Shown piece after piece: positions 19,727 through 29,458 of a stretch of DNA of 64,000 nucleotides. The notes under the pieces were generated by a model. The model saw only the letters and a program-made list of their open reading frames with translations, made no database searches and was not told where the DNA came from. The position numbers and the translations under genes were made by a program. The number at the start of each line of letters is the position of its first letter. The first letter of the stretch is position 1. This DNA comes from an archaeon GW2011_AR20 (GTDB taxonomy: Archaea > Nanobdellota > Nanobdellia > SCGC-AAA011-G17 > GW2011-AR20), in the NCBI GenBank assembly GCA_000830315.1, contig CP010426.1:588663-652662 (forward strand), written 5' to 3'.

Positions 19727-20646
19727 CATTCACTGATCCAGAATACTTGTGGTTTTTATTAGTTATCCCATTGCTTGTAATTGCACATTTTGCCAGTTTA
19801 AGATCAACAAAAAGAAAGGCATTGAAATTTGCCAACTTCGAGGCCATAGAAAGGGTAACTGGGGGGGAGATCTTATCAAAGAACCTAAGCTTATTAATTA
19901 TTAGGCTGACGATTGTTGTTTTGTTTGTATTAGCTTTGTCTGGCACAACTTACTGGTACTCTGGCCCAGGAAGCGATTTTGATTTTGTATTGGCAATAGA
20001 TGCCTCGAGCAGCATGCTTTCAGCTGATTTCACCCCAAACAGAATAGAAGCTGCTAAAATAAGGGCAGAAGAATTTATTGATTTGATTTCTCCAAGCAGC
20101 AAAGTAGGAGTGTTAAGTTTTGCAGGTACGTCAATAATAGAACAGAGGCCAACAGAGAGTTTTTCAGAAGTTAAAAAGGCCATAAGAAATATTGAAGCAA
20201 GGAACATTGGGGGAACAGATATCGGGGAAGCGATTGTTACGAGTTCTAATTTATTTACAAATCCTGAAAGGGCAGGGGTAATTGTTTTATTGACAGACGG
20301 GCAGAGCAATGTTGGAGTAAAATTACAGGATGCCTTGGATTACATCAGAGACAAATCAGTCATAATTTACAGCATTGGAATTGCTACTGAAGCAGGGGGC
20401 AGTTATCTTGGAAATGTTTCCCTGAAGCTGGATGAGGAAAATTTAAGGTTAATTGCAGAGAATACAGAAGGAAAATACTTCATAGCAAAGGATGTGCAAT
20501 CTCTGCGTGAAACATACGAGCAAATTGCCAAAATTACAGAGACAAGAATTAAAAGAGAATTGTCCTTAACCTTCTTCGTTATTTCTTTGGTTTTAGTTTT
20601 GATAGAGTGGGTAATGATAAACACGAAATACAGAACAATACCTTAA
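19717..20646 (+). CDS. von Willebrand factor A domain protein, BatA-like
   Basis: N-terminal TM pair, MIDAS motif (DASSSM ... GGTDIGEAI ... TDG), C-terminal TM. Overlaps the DUF58 stop. Confidence 0.8.
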   Translation: MALTFTDPEYLWFLLVIPLLVIAHFASLRSTKRKALKFANFEAIERVTGGEILSKNLSLLIIRLTIVVLFVLALSGTTYWYSGPGSDFDFVLAIDASSSMLSADFTPNRIEAAKIRAEEFIDLISPSSKVGVLSFAGTSIIEQRPTESFSEVKKAIRNIEARNIGGTDIGEAIVTSSNLFTNPERAGVIVLLTDGQSNVGVKLQDALDYIRDKSVIIYSIGIATEAGGSYLGNVSLKLDEENLRLIAENTEGKYFIAKDVQSLRETYEQIAKITETRIKRELSLTFFVISLVLVLIEWVMINTKYRTIP

Positions 20647-20710
20647 CACCCTATATGAAGTAAGGTATAGAAAGGTTTAAATTCTAACTATTCTTATTAG
20701 TTTAAGAGAA

Positions 20711-21103
20711 ATGAAAAAAATAATCTTAATTTTATTTTTAGTTGGTGTGTTAGTTCTGTTAGGATGTACATCAAATAAAAACTCTTTTGTAAATGAACAA
20801 ACTGAATGTGAATCTAGGGGGGGTGTTTGGAATAAATACTTGCTGCCTTCTGGCGAACTTTTAGATAAACCTTTTTGTACACTTCTTTTTTTAGATTATG
20901 GTAAAAAATGTACTGATTCTAGCCAATGTATTGGAAATTGTGAACCACCAAATGAATTTTTAAACAGAGAAGGTGGCAATTGGGTAACTCTTTATAGAGA
21001 AAATGTATCTGGAACTTGTTCTAAATTTACTAAAGGTTGTGAAAGCTATCAAATTATAAATGGAGTTCTGGATTTGGAGTCACAAGCTGTTTGTGTTGTC
21101 TAA
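20711..21103 (+). CDS. Cys-rich secreted lipoprotein, hypothetical
   Basis: Signal peptide with lipobox LLGC, and 9 Cys in the mature part. Confidence 0.45.
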   Translation: MKKIILILFLVGVLVLLGCTSNKNSFVNEQTECESRGGVWNKYLLPSGELLDKPFCTLLFLDYGKKCTDSSQCIGNCEPPNEFLNREGGNWVTLYRENVSGTCSKFTKGCESYQIINGVLDLESQAVCVV

Positions 21104-21179
21104 AATATACCTTACTTTGTATAACATAACTTAGAACAATAAACAAAATATTTAAATAGGTTATAATTATTATAATAAT

Positions 21180-21389
21180 ATGGCAAAGAAATTTACTGTT
21201 GTTGTTGAAGAAGGAGAAGATGGTTATTTAATTTCCGATGTAGTTGAACTTCCAGGATGTCATACTCAGGCTAAAAATTATGACGAGTTAATGAAAAGGA
21301 CTAAAGAAGCAATATCATTATATTTAGAGGTTAAAAAGCCACTTGAAATTAGAAACAAATTTCTTAGTTTACAGCAACTTGAGGTTTAA
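21180..21389 (+). CDS. hicB: HicB-like antitoxin (UPF0150)
   Basis: 69 aa, resembling the HicB N-terminal domain (EEGEDGYLISDVVELPGCHTQ). Directly upstream of hicA. Confidence 0.65.
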   Translation: MAKKFTVVVEEGEDGYLISDVVELPGCHTQAKNYDELMKRTKEAISLYLEVKKPLEIRNKFLSLQQLEV

Positions 21390-21391
21390 TA

Positions 21392-21619
21392 ATGTCAAAA
21401 GTGCCACTTCTTACGGCAAGAGAAGTTGCTAAAATTTTAGAAAGATTAGGTTTTGTATTCAAAAGACAAAAAGGAAGTCATATGTTTTTTGAACACCCCG
21501 ATGGTAGAACCACTGTAATTCCAAATCATCCTAGCGAAAAAATTGATAGAGGCTTGCTAAATAAAATAATAAAACACGATTTACAAATAAATAGAGAAGA
21601 ATTTCTTAAACATTTATAA
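21392..21619 (+). CDS. hicA: HicA toxin (YcfA-like mRNA interferase)
   Basis: The motifs KILERLGF...KRQKGSHMFFEHP match the HicA consensus. Confidence 0.75.
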   Translation: MSKVPLLTAREVAKILERLGFVFKRQKGSHMFFEHPDGRTTVIPNHPSEKIDRGLLNKIIKHDLQINREEFLKHL

Positions 21620-21682
21620 TTTTAATACTATATCTTATGGTGTGATATAAAGAACAATACCTTAATCTTATGAATTTTTTGT

Positions 21683-22645
21683 TTATCCTATAATCTTTCC
21701 AGTGTGGCTTTCAACTGCGGGTAATTGCGGAGGCATGACTTTTCCATAGAATACTCGGATAGTATTCTCATTGATTTTCAAGACAGAGGGATCATATACA
21801 CTATCTTCTTGGAAAACTGCTATTGGTTCGCCGAATTCAATTCCATCAGACGATTCCATATGATAAATTCCTTTGGGAACTTTAGCAAATCTTTCATCTA
21901 TAGAAGCTACAAAAAGTACATATTTGTCAGCGATTCTGATTAATGCTGGATCAACCAGATTTGGAACTCTTATTCCTGTTTCTTTTACAAAGTTAAGACC
22001 ATCAGAAGATATGGCTGATCCAATTCCATGCTGCATTTCTGCTCCTGTTACATAATATATTCTTACTCGGCCATCGGGAAGGATTATTGCATCGGGAACA
22101 GAAGCCCAACCATTATCACCATTTGTCTCTGAATCTATTCTGAGTCCTTCTTTTTGGAAAGTCAAACCACCCGAAGAAATTGCAGAATAAATTTTGTGTA
22201 TAGACTGCCCCGGTCCCGGGTTCTGGCTATCCGCACCCTTATAGTACATTCTTGTTTTCCCATCTGGAAGATCTACGACAGTTGGATCGCAAACATTAGA
22301 TTCAAATCCTGTTCCTGGAGAGATTCTAACTCCTGGCTCTTTTACAAAATTAAGACCGTCATTGGAAATCGCAGACAATATTCCTTTGCTATTGCAATAG
22401 TACAAGCGAACCTTTTCATCCTTCAAACGATGGACAAAAGGAACAGATCCATCTTCAATTCTTGAGTTATCATCTTTCTCCCAAGAAAGAGACAATTTTT
22501 TTGCAACCGGTTCTACTTGCATATTTTTGACATTGGAGAGTGCATCTTGAGATGGGAATTCTTTTTCAGATGGTGTTCTAGGAGTGCAAGATATAACAAA
22601 AACTACAAAAAACAGAAGAATAATTGTATATATTTTGGTTCTCAT
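21683..22645 (-). CDS. Secreted beta-propeller protein (glycoside hydrolase GH32/43/130-like or sialidase-like repeats)
   Basis: Signal peptide. Repeated SAIS.DGLxFxKE.G.R and YYK/YYV blade motifs occur three times. The gene is GC-richer than its surroundings. Confidence 0.4.
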   Translation of the reverse strand: MRTKIYTIILLFFVVFVISCTPRTPSEKEFPSQDALSNVKNMQVEPVAKKLSLSWEKDDNSRIEDGSVPFVHRLKDEKVRLYYCNSKGILSAISNDGLNFVKEPGVRISPGTGFESNVCDPTVVDLPDGKTRMYYKGADSQNPGPGQSIHKIYSAISSGGLTFQKEGLRIDSETNGDNGWASVPDAIILPDGRVRIYYVTGAEMQHGIGSAISSDGLNFVKETGIRVPNLVDPALIRIADKYVLFVASIDERFAKVPKGIYHMESSDGIEFGEPIAVFQEDSVYDPSVLKINENTIRVFYGKVMPPQLPAVESHTGKIIG

Positions 22646-22656
22646 TATTCTACACC

Positions 22657-24204
22657 TTAATTTAATTTGTCATGAGTAATTTTTCCAGACTCAAGTTCCA
22701 TTAGCTTGTTATAAAGTTCATTTCTTTCTTTCTGCAATATCCTTATCTGCTTTGGCTGTCTTTTAATTTCTTTGGATTTAACCTCTTTATGCTCAATCTC
22801 AACCTTGGGTTGTTTATAAATGAAATCAAATTTTTTATTGTAATTGTCAACTAGATTGATTGTTTTTTGCTTTAATTCTGGTTTGGTTATTTTGCCGCCA
22901 ATAACGCTCCCAAATCTTTCCAAGTCCTGTTTAAAATTATTATTAATCTTGGCTTCTTCCTTAGTCAAGAAATGACTTAATTTTCTTTCTTCATGCTTTA
23001 ATTTATGGGAAAATTCCTTTAATCTTGTGGAAGCAAGCAATTCCTCCCTTTTAATGAAATTGTTTAACGTGTTTAACAAGCCAATGCTTTTTCTAGAAAT
23101 ATGCTTTCCTTGATGCTTCATCTCAATTAAGCTTTTTGAAATGTCCAAAAATGTTTTTTCATGAATTCTCTTATGCAAAATTCTATTATGGAGATCCATT
23201 AAATTATCCATGATTTCTTTTTCTTCCTGTATCGGCAGTTTATAATATGCCAATAATGCCCGGGCATAATAACGTTTTGCAATTAAAGGATTTCTTTCTA
23301 TAATCATTTTACCCCTATTAATCAGTTTTAGTATCCTGAACTTCTGAATTTTAGTAGACAAATTTCTAAACAATGAAAATCTAGGCTTCTTTTCTACTTC
23401 AAATTCCTCCAGATTCGGAATTTCAATCTTCTTTATTTCCAGGGGTTTAACTTCAACATGCTCTTTCTTTCTGAATAAACTGAAAAATTTAGCAAATATA
23501 TTTTTTTCAGGCTCTAATTTTACAGGAACTGCTTTAACCGGAACCTTGATTTTTGTTTCCTTAACTTCAACATATTCTTTTTTCCCGAATAATGTTAAAA
23601 AGTTCTCTTTAACCCTTTCCCAGAACCTTAATTCGTGTTTAATCTTTTTGACTTTGCTTTCTGACAATAGATCTCCGAATTCCTTAAATAATAATTTAAC
23701 CTGGGAAGAATCTAATACTGCCCCGGAGTATCTCAATAAGGAAAGTTTTTCAGCTAATTTTACATCTTTTATATGCCCTTTAACTAATTCATTTAATTCA
23801 GCAAACGCAAATTCATGCTTAATTCCGAATTTGTCCTTGAAGAATTCTTTTGCAATTTCATTTAGCTCATTAAACGCCTGTTCATTATTTATTTTATGCA
23901 GGTTTTCCCTTAGTATGCTGAATTTATTCCGATAATCAAACATCTTGATTTCTTTAACAGCTGAACTTTTTTCATGATGTTTTTTAAACTTAATCTTGCC
24001 AATGTCTATTTTTGGCAGCTTAAATTTTCCGATATTATCCTTTAAGATTAATCCTAAAAAAAACAAGACCATTATGGCCATCAAAAATATCGGGGCTACT
24101 AAGATTAAGGAATATGTGTTGCCGAATAATGTTACCTCGGTCTGTGCATATGCTGTTTTTAAATTAAATAATAATGCTAAGGTCAGAATAACCCCTTTTT
24201 TCAT
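22657..24204 (-). CDS. Membrane-anchored Lys/Glu-rich coiled-coil protein, hypothetical
   Basis: N-terminal signal/TM followed by a long charged region with internal repeats (FGKKEYVEVKE / FRKKEHVEVKP). Confidence 0.5.
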   Translation of the reverse strand: MKKGVILTLALLFNLKTAYAQTEVTLFGNTYSLILVAPIFLMAIMVLFFLGLILKDNIGKFKLPKIDIGKIKFKKHHEKSSAVKEIKMFDYRNKFSILRENLHKINNEQAFNELNEIAKEFFKDKFGIKHEFAFAELNELVKGHIKDVKLAEKLSLLRYSGAVLDSSQVKLLFKEFGDLLSESKVKKIKHELRFWERVKENFLTLFGKKEYVEVKETKIKVPVKAVPVKLEPEKNIFAKFFSLFRKKEHVEVKPLEIKKIEIPNLEEFEVEKKPRFSLFRNLSTKIQKFRILKLINRGKMIIERNPLIAKRYYARALLAYYKLPIQEEKEIMDNLMDLHNRILHKRIHEKTFLDISKSLIEMKHQGKHISRKSIGLLNTLNNFIKREELLASTRLKEFSHKLKHEERKLSHFLTKEEAKINNNFKQDLERFGSVIGGKITKPELKQKTINLVDNYNKKFDFIYKQPKVEIEHKEVKSKEIKRQPKQIRILQKERNELYNKLMELESGKITHDKLN

Positions 24205-24295
24205 TATAAACTCGATGTAATTATAGTATAAAAATCTTATGTTACACTACAAAGAATAAAAAGAAAAAATTAGAAATATCAAAAACTTAACGTTT

Positions 24296-25171
24296 TTAAG
24301 CGGTTTCAATTAGCTTTTTCCTAGTTTCATAACTCTGTGCTGCTCTTTCTAAGGCATTTTTTCTTATTGAAGCTATTAAAGAGTCATTTTTAGCAATTTC
24401 TTCTAAATTCAAGCCTGAAAAATTTTTTGCGAAATGCATCCGACCAGCGCCACACGAGTCAGGCAAGATACCGCTCCCAGTAGACAGACTAGACCTATCG
24501 CGGACGAGCCCACGAAGACCGCTTCTTGTAGTATATAAATTTCTATCCCCTTCTTTATCTAATTCATATGGGAATCCTGTTTTTAACAATCCAGGGTCTT
24601 TAGAGCTGAATTTTCCGTCGCCTTTGCTTAATACAGGAACTTGAGTTACTATTGTTAATCCGTCTTTATTAAAATCTAACCTTAAGCCATATTCATAATC
24701 ATCGTCCTTGACAACATCCATTAGTCCTTCAACAACAAATGGAACTTCCAAATCTATGTTTAAAAAATAAGATTTAACCTGATCTCTAAGATGCTGCCAT
24801 GATTTTGGATTAATTGCTCTTTGCGGATAATTTGTAAATCCGGAGTCTTCATAGGTGTTATTAACATCTTCTAATTTACCTTTGCTTAAGAATAACTCGC
24901 TTATAAACTGGGTCATCGGAATAATATCTTCATTGCTTAATTCCCTAATAATATTAGACAAAGCTGTTTTATAAAAGAAATTGCAGCCTTTAATATCCCC
25001 CTGTTTAGCCTTAAAATCTAATTCTGGAATTATAACAGCTGTTCCTTGGTATCTTTCCCTAAGTAATTTCAAAGCATCCCTTGTTAAATTATAATCGTAT
25101 CTGGCTAAAAATATGGTCGGGTTTTTCTCTATTAATTCAGTCTCTAAAATGTCGTTGTACTTTGCTTTCAT
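24296..25171 (-). CDS. Uncharacterized protein, paralog A of a two-member family (the other copy is at 53920..54786)
   Basis: Clear similarity to ORF 53920..54786 (TYED.G...P...NP..W..LR.QVKS.F, PFV..GLM.VVK, G..L..KTGFP). Contains a GC-rich segment of about 100 nt near its 3' end. Confidence 0.6.
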   Translation of the reverse strand: MKAKYNDILETELIEKNPTIFLARYDYNLTRDALKLLRERYQGTAVIIPELDFKAKQGDIKGCNFFYKTALSNIIRELSNEDIIPMTQFISELFLSKGKLEDVNNTYEDSGFTNYPQRAINPKSWQHLRDQVKSYFLNIDLEVPFVVEGLMDVVKDDDYEYGLRLDFNKDGLTIVTQVPVLSKGDGKFSSKDPGLLKTGFPYELDKEGDRNLYTTRSGLRGLVRDRSSLSTGSGILPDSCGAGRMHFAKNFSGLNLEEIAKNDSLIASIRKNALERAAQSYETRKKLIETA

Positions 25172-25301
25172 TTTGATATCTGAATGAAGGAAATTAACAA
25201 TTATATAAAGCTTTCCGTATTATATTACTTTCAAGTGATTATAAGATAACTAGCAAATTTTTACACAAATATTAATAATCTTTTCTAACTTGTAATATAA
25301 C

Positions 25302-26483
25302 ATGAAATTTGCCCATTTAGCAGACTGCCATGTTGGAGGATGGAGGGAAGACAAGTTAAAAGAATTAAGCATCAAGGCTTTTGAGGAAGCTGTTAATATC
25401 TGCATCAAGGAGAATACGGCCTTTGTCTTAATTTCAGGAGATTTATTTAATACCAGTTTGCCTAATTTAGATATAATAAAAAGAACAGCCGAAGCACTTG
25501 ACAGGTTAAGGCAGAATGACATTTCATGCTATATAATTCCTGGAAGCCATGATTTTTCTCCTTCTGGAAAAACAATGCTTGATGTTCTAGAAAAAGCCGG
25601 TTTAATGGAAAATGTCATGAAATTTAATAATAACAAATTAGAGTTCACATTAGACAAGACCAACACAAAAATTACAGGAATTTTTGGATTAAGGCAGGGT
25701 TTAGACAGGAAATATTACGAAAACTTGGACAAAGAAAGTTTAGCAAAGGAACAGGGATTCAAGATATTCATGTTTCATGCCACATTAGACGAATTTAAGC
25801 CAAAAGACCAGGAGCTGGTTTTTGGACAAAGTTACCAGGATTTACCTAAAAATTTTAATTATTATGCAGGAGGACATACCCATATTGTATTCAATGAATT
25901 TAAGGACGGATACGGGTTAATCGCTTATCCGGGTCCATTATTTCCGAATTCTTTCAAGGAGTTAGAGGAGTTAAAGGCAGGGGGATTTTATATCCTTGAT
26001 GAAAAGCTTAATCTTAGAAGAGAAGAGATAAAATTAAAGGATGTTGAATCATTTTTTATTGATTCAAACAACAAAACCCCCGAGGAAATAGAAAAGGAAT
26101 TAAAAAATATAAAAAATACAGAAGATAAAATTGTTTTGATAAGGATAGAGGGTGTTTTAAAGACTGGAAAACCGAGCGAGATTGATTTTAAGGAAATTTT
26201 TGACAGTTATAAGGCATACATTGTTTTAAAAAATACAAATAAATTAAAGAGCCTGGAGTTTGAGGGTTATGAAACAAAGCACGGGGATATTGAGGAAGTT
26301 GAATCTATAATCATAAAAGAAAATTTGAGCAAGATTAATACTGTGTTTAACCAGGAAGAAATTGCCAAGCAATTAATGCATTCTTTAAATCTTGAAAAAG
26401 ATGAAGGCGAGAGAAACATTGATTTTGACATGAGGTTAACAAGGGATATAATGAATATCTTTGATCTGGAAAATGTTGATTAA
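25302..26483 (+). CDS. mre11: Mre11 double-strand-break repair nuclease
   Basis: Phosphoesterase motifs (HLADCH, GDLF, GSHD) and archaeal Mre11 length. Overlaps the rad50 start. Confidence 0.9.
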   Translation: MKFAHLADCHVGGWREDKLKELSIKAFEEAVNICIKENTAFVLISGDLFNTSLPNLDIIKRTAEALDRLRQNDISCYIIPGSHDFSPSGKTMLDVLEKAGLMENVMKFNNNKLEFTLDKTNTKITGIFGLRQGLDRKYYENLDKESLAKEQGFKIFMFHATLDEFKPKDQELVFGQSYQDLPKNFNYYAGGHTHIVFNEFKDGYGLIAYPGPLFPNSFKELEELKAGGFYILDEKLNLRREEIKLKDVESFFIDSNNKTPEEIEKELKNIKNTEDKIVLIRIEGVLKTGKPSEIDFKEIFDSYKAYIVLKNTNKLKSLEFEGYETKHGDIEEVESIIIKENLSKINTVFNQEEIAKQLMHSLNLEKDEGERNIDFDMRLTRDIMNIFDLENVD

Positions 26484-28527
26484 AAAAATTAAACTGGAGA
26501 ATATAAGAAGTTATGTTAATGAGGAGATTGACTTGCCTCTTGGATCAACTTTATTAGCCGGTGATATCGGAAGCGGGAAGAGCAGCATTTTATTGGCGGT
26601 AGATTTTGCATTATTTGGAATAAGACAGGGAGAGTTATCGGGAAACGCCTTATTGAGAAACGGCACAAATGAAGGGCTGGTTGAGCTGCATTTTGAATTA
26701 GAGAATAATAATGTTGTAATACAAAGAAGATTGAAAAGGACCCAAAATTCTGTTGTGCAGGATTCTGGCTATATAATCATGAACAATGAGAGGCAGGATA
26801 AAAGTGCAATTGAATTAAAGCAGGACATTCTTAACTTGTTGAATTATCCAAAGGAATTGCTCACGAAACACAAATCATTAATTTACAGGTATACTGTTTA
26901 TACTCCTCAAGAGGAAATGAAGAGCATTTTGCTTGGCGAGAAAGATGCCAGGTTAGATACATTAAGAAAAGTTTTTGACATTGATAAATATAAAAGGATT
27001 AAGGAGAATACGAAGATATTTATTGCAAATTTAAAGCAAAAACGAAGGGAACTTGAAGGAAAAATTTATGATTTGGAGGATAAGAAGAAGCTTGTTCAAA
27101 GTAAAATCATGGAATTTTCCGAGATTGATTTGCAATTAAAAGAATTAATTCCAAGAATAACTCAGATAAGCAAATTAGTTGATGAAAAAAGAAAAGAGAT
27201 TAAATTGTTAGAGGAGAACATTAAAAAATTAAATGAGTTAAAGAAGGAATTTGAATTAAGCAGGTTTAAGCTTGAAAATGCACAGGCCTCATTTGACAAG
27301 AATGAATCTGAGTTAAAGAATCTGGACTTAAAAATTCAGAAATTGGAGAAGGAAACCAAAGATGTTAAAATTGATATTGACGAATTAAATGAAAAAATTG
27401 ATGATTTCAATGAAATTATTCCTAAGAATAAGCTGGAACTAGAAGCAGTAAACAAAAAAATAAGTGAGTTAGAAACAAGAAAGTTAACTGCGATGGATAT
27501 TATTTCAAAGGTAATGAAAATAGACAAATGTCCTTTGTGCCAGCAGAATGTAACACATGAACACAAAGATAATATTTCCGAGGATGAAACAAAGAAGATA
27601 AATGAATATGAGAATGAATTAAATGAAAATAACCGGAAAAAAGCTTTATTGAAAGATAAGATTAAGCAGTTAGAAGCCGATTTTGAGATATTAAGGGAGC
27701 AGAAAAGCAATTATGAATTAAATAAATTGAAATTAGATGATTTAAATGATAAGAAATCAAAAAAAGAATTCTTATTAAAAGAACAACTGGAAATAAATGA
27801 GGATATTTCAGAAATTAAAGACAAGATTGGATTGCTTGAAACTGAAATCAATGAATTCAGGGACTTAAATTACGACGAGAAAAAGATTGAGTTAGATGAT
27901 TTATTAAAAAGAGAAAGGGATTTAGAGATTGAAAGGGCATCTTATCTTGCAAATATCCAAGAATTAAATAAAAGCGTTGAGGAACTGGGCATAGAAATAA
28001 CATTGAAGATGCAGACTAAAAAAAACATCGGCAGGATAAATGATGTACAATTCTGGCTCGAAGAATATTTTGCCAATGTTGTTGATTTAATTGAAAAACA
28101 AATTATGCTTAAAGTGCATCGCGATTTTAATGGCTTATTTGAAAAATGGTTTAATATGCTGATGGAGAATGAGAATTTTAATGTAAGATTGGATGATGAA
28201 TTCTCTCCCCTGATACAGCAGAATGGCCATGACATAGATTATTTGTATTTATCAGGAGGGGAAAAAACAGCTATTGCATTGGCTTACAGGCTTGCATTGA
28301 ACCAGGTTATTAATAATTTGATGACATCAATCAAGACAAGGGATTTATTGATATTGGATGAACCGACAGACGGTTTTTCAGATGAGCAGTTAGACAGGGT
28401 AAGGAATGTTTTAAGCGAGTTAAACTTGAAACAGTTGATTTTAGTAAGCCATGAGCAGAAAATAGAAAGCTTTGTTGATAATGTAATAAGATTGAATAAG
28501 GAGCAGCATATTACAAAAATAATTTAA
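26461..28527 (+). CDS. rad50: Rad50 ATPase (SMC-like)
   Basis: Walker A GDIGSGKSS, a long coiled coil with a zinc hook CPLCQ, signature LSGGEK, and D-loop LDEPTDGF. Confidence 0.85.
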   Translation: MIWKMLIKKIKLENIRSYVNEEIDLPLGSTLLAGDIGSGKSSILLAVDFALFGIRQGELSGNALLRNGTNEGLVELHFELENNNVVIQRRLKRTQNSVVQDSGYIIMNNERQDKSAIELKQDILNLLNYPKELLTKHKSLIYRYTVYTPQEEMKSILLGEKDARLDTLRKVFDIDKYKRIKENTKIFIANLKQKRRELEGKIYDLEDKKKLVQSKIMEFSEIDLQLKELIPRITQISKLVDEKRKEIKLLEENIKKLNELKKEFELSRFKLENAQASFDKNESELKNLDLKIQKLEKETKDVKIDIDELNEKIDDFNEIIPKNKLELEAVNKKISELETRKLTAMDIISKVMKIDKCPLCQQNVTHEHKDNISEDETKKINEYENELNENNRKKALLKDKIKQLEADFEILREQKSNYELNKLKLDDLNDKKSKKEFLLKEQLEINEDISEIKDKIGLLETEINEFRDLNYDEKKIELDDLLKRERDLEIERASYLANIQELNKSVEELGIEITLKMQTKKNIGRINDVQFWLEEYFANVVDLIEKQIMLKVHRDFNGLFEKWFNMLMENENFNVRLDDEFSPLIQQNGHDIDYLYLSGGEKTAIALAYRLALNQVINNLMTSIKTRDLLILDEPTDGFSDEQLDRVRNVLSELNLKQLILVSHEQKIESFVDNVIRLNKEQHITKII

Positions 28528-28564
28528 AAGACAGGTTTATTAATTTTTCTTTATCATAAATTTT

Positions 28565-28954
28565 ATGTATAAGCAAGTTTTAGAAGAATTTTATAGGAAT
28601 GATAAAAATTTATTATCTAAAGTTATAGATATGGATAAAATTAATTATATTAGGTTTATTGTTTATAATAATAAAGAAGAAGATCCTGCTCTTAATATTA
28701 TGCCTAATAATAGTCCTGGAACATTAGAAACAATGTTAGATATGATTAATTTTATTGGTAAGAAAATTGACCCAAGTCTGGTATTATCTGATATCAGAAA
28801 ATCTAAAAGTTATAAAGACGGAATAGACCTTGTGTTTACAACAAGATCTAAAGATGTTGTTGGTATGAGCAACGCTATCGGAGTTGCTGGCGTTGCTATT
28901 TCTAATTATTTAAAAAGAATTAGAGAAAAATTTAATCTGGAATCATACTTATAG
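28565..28954 (+). CDS. Hypothetical protein
   Basis: 129-aa ORF downstream of rad50. No motif recognised. Confidence 0.35.
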   Translation: MYKQVLEEFYRNDKNLLSKVIDMDKINYIRFIVYNNKEEDPALNIMPNNSPGTLETMLDMINFIGKKIDPSLVLSDIRKSKSYKDGIDLVFTTRSKDVVGMSNAIGVAGVAISNYLKRIREKFNLESYL

Positions 28955-29414
28955 CCTGCTTAATATTAATATTCTCCTTTAAAACCAAATTTTTGATTTC
29001 ATCTGTATTTAAGTTAGAATATTTATTCTCGATTTTATTTAATAATGGTTTGATGCTTTTATAGGCTAATATTGCAGAGATTAAGGCATCGTTTTCATGC
29101 TTATTATTAATTTCAATATTTCTCTTCTTCAGGAATTTTTTTACCAATCTTGATTTGTGCTTGCTCTGCAAATCAGTTTGTGGCTTGAATACTTTGGCGC
29201 CTAAACCAGATGCAATTTTCTCGACGAAATTAGGAACTTTTTTTACATCGGTTCCAATCAAGACTGGTTTTCCGAATTTAAACACATTATTTGTTATTTT
29301 GCTTGCATCAAGTTTCTTGCTGGATTTAACTTCGAGAATATTTCCGTTTAAATCAAGAACAGCATAGCTTTTGGTTGTACCCGGGTCTATGCCGATTATA
29401 GTTAATTTATCCAT
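28932..29414 (-). CDS. RNase H-fold nuclease, RuvC/YqgF-like
   Basis: N-terminal IIGIDPGTTKSYAVLD, the typical first acidic motif of RuvC/YqgF-fold nucleases. Confidence 0.45.
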   Translation of the reverse strand: MDKLTIIGIDPGTTKSYAVLDLNGNILEVKSSKKLDASKITNNVFKFGKPVLIGTDVKKVPNFVEKIASGLGAKVFKPQTDLQSKHKSRLVKKFLKKRNIEINNKHENDALISAILAYKSIKPLLNKIENKYSNLNTDEIKNLVLKENINIKQAISMIPD

Positions 29415-29458
29415 CTAAAAGTTAATTATATAAAGCTCATTTAAATATTTTTCTTTAT

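Noticed and set aside
27336-27710. Antisense ORFs inside rad50 (27336..27710, 27942..28235)
   Set aside because: Low-complexity Ser/Phe-rich translations opposite a coiled-coil-coding region. These are typical shadow ORFs.
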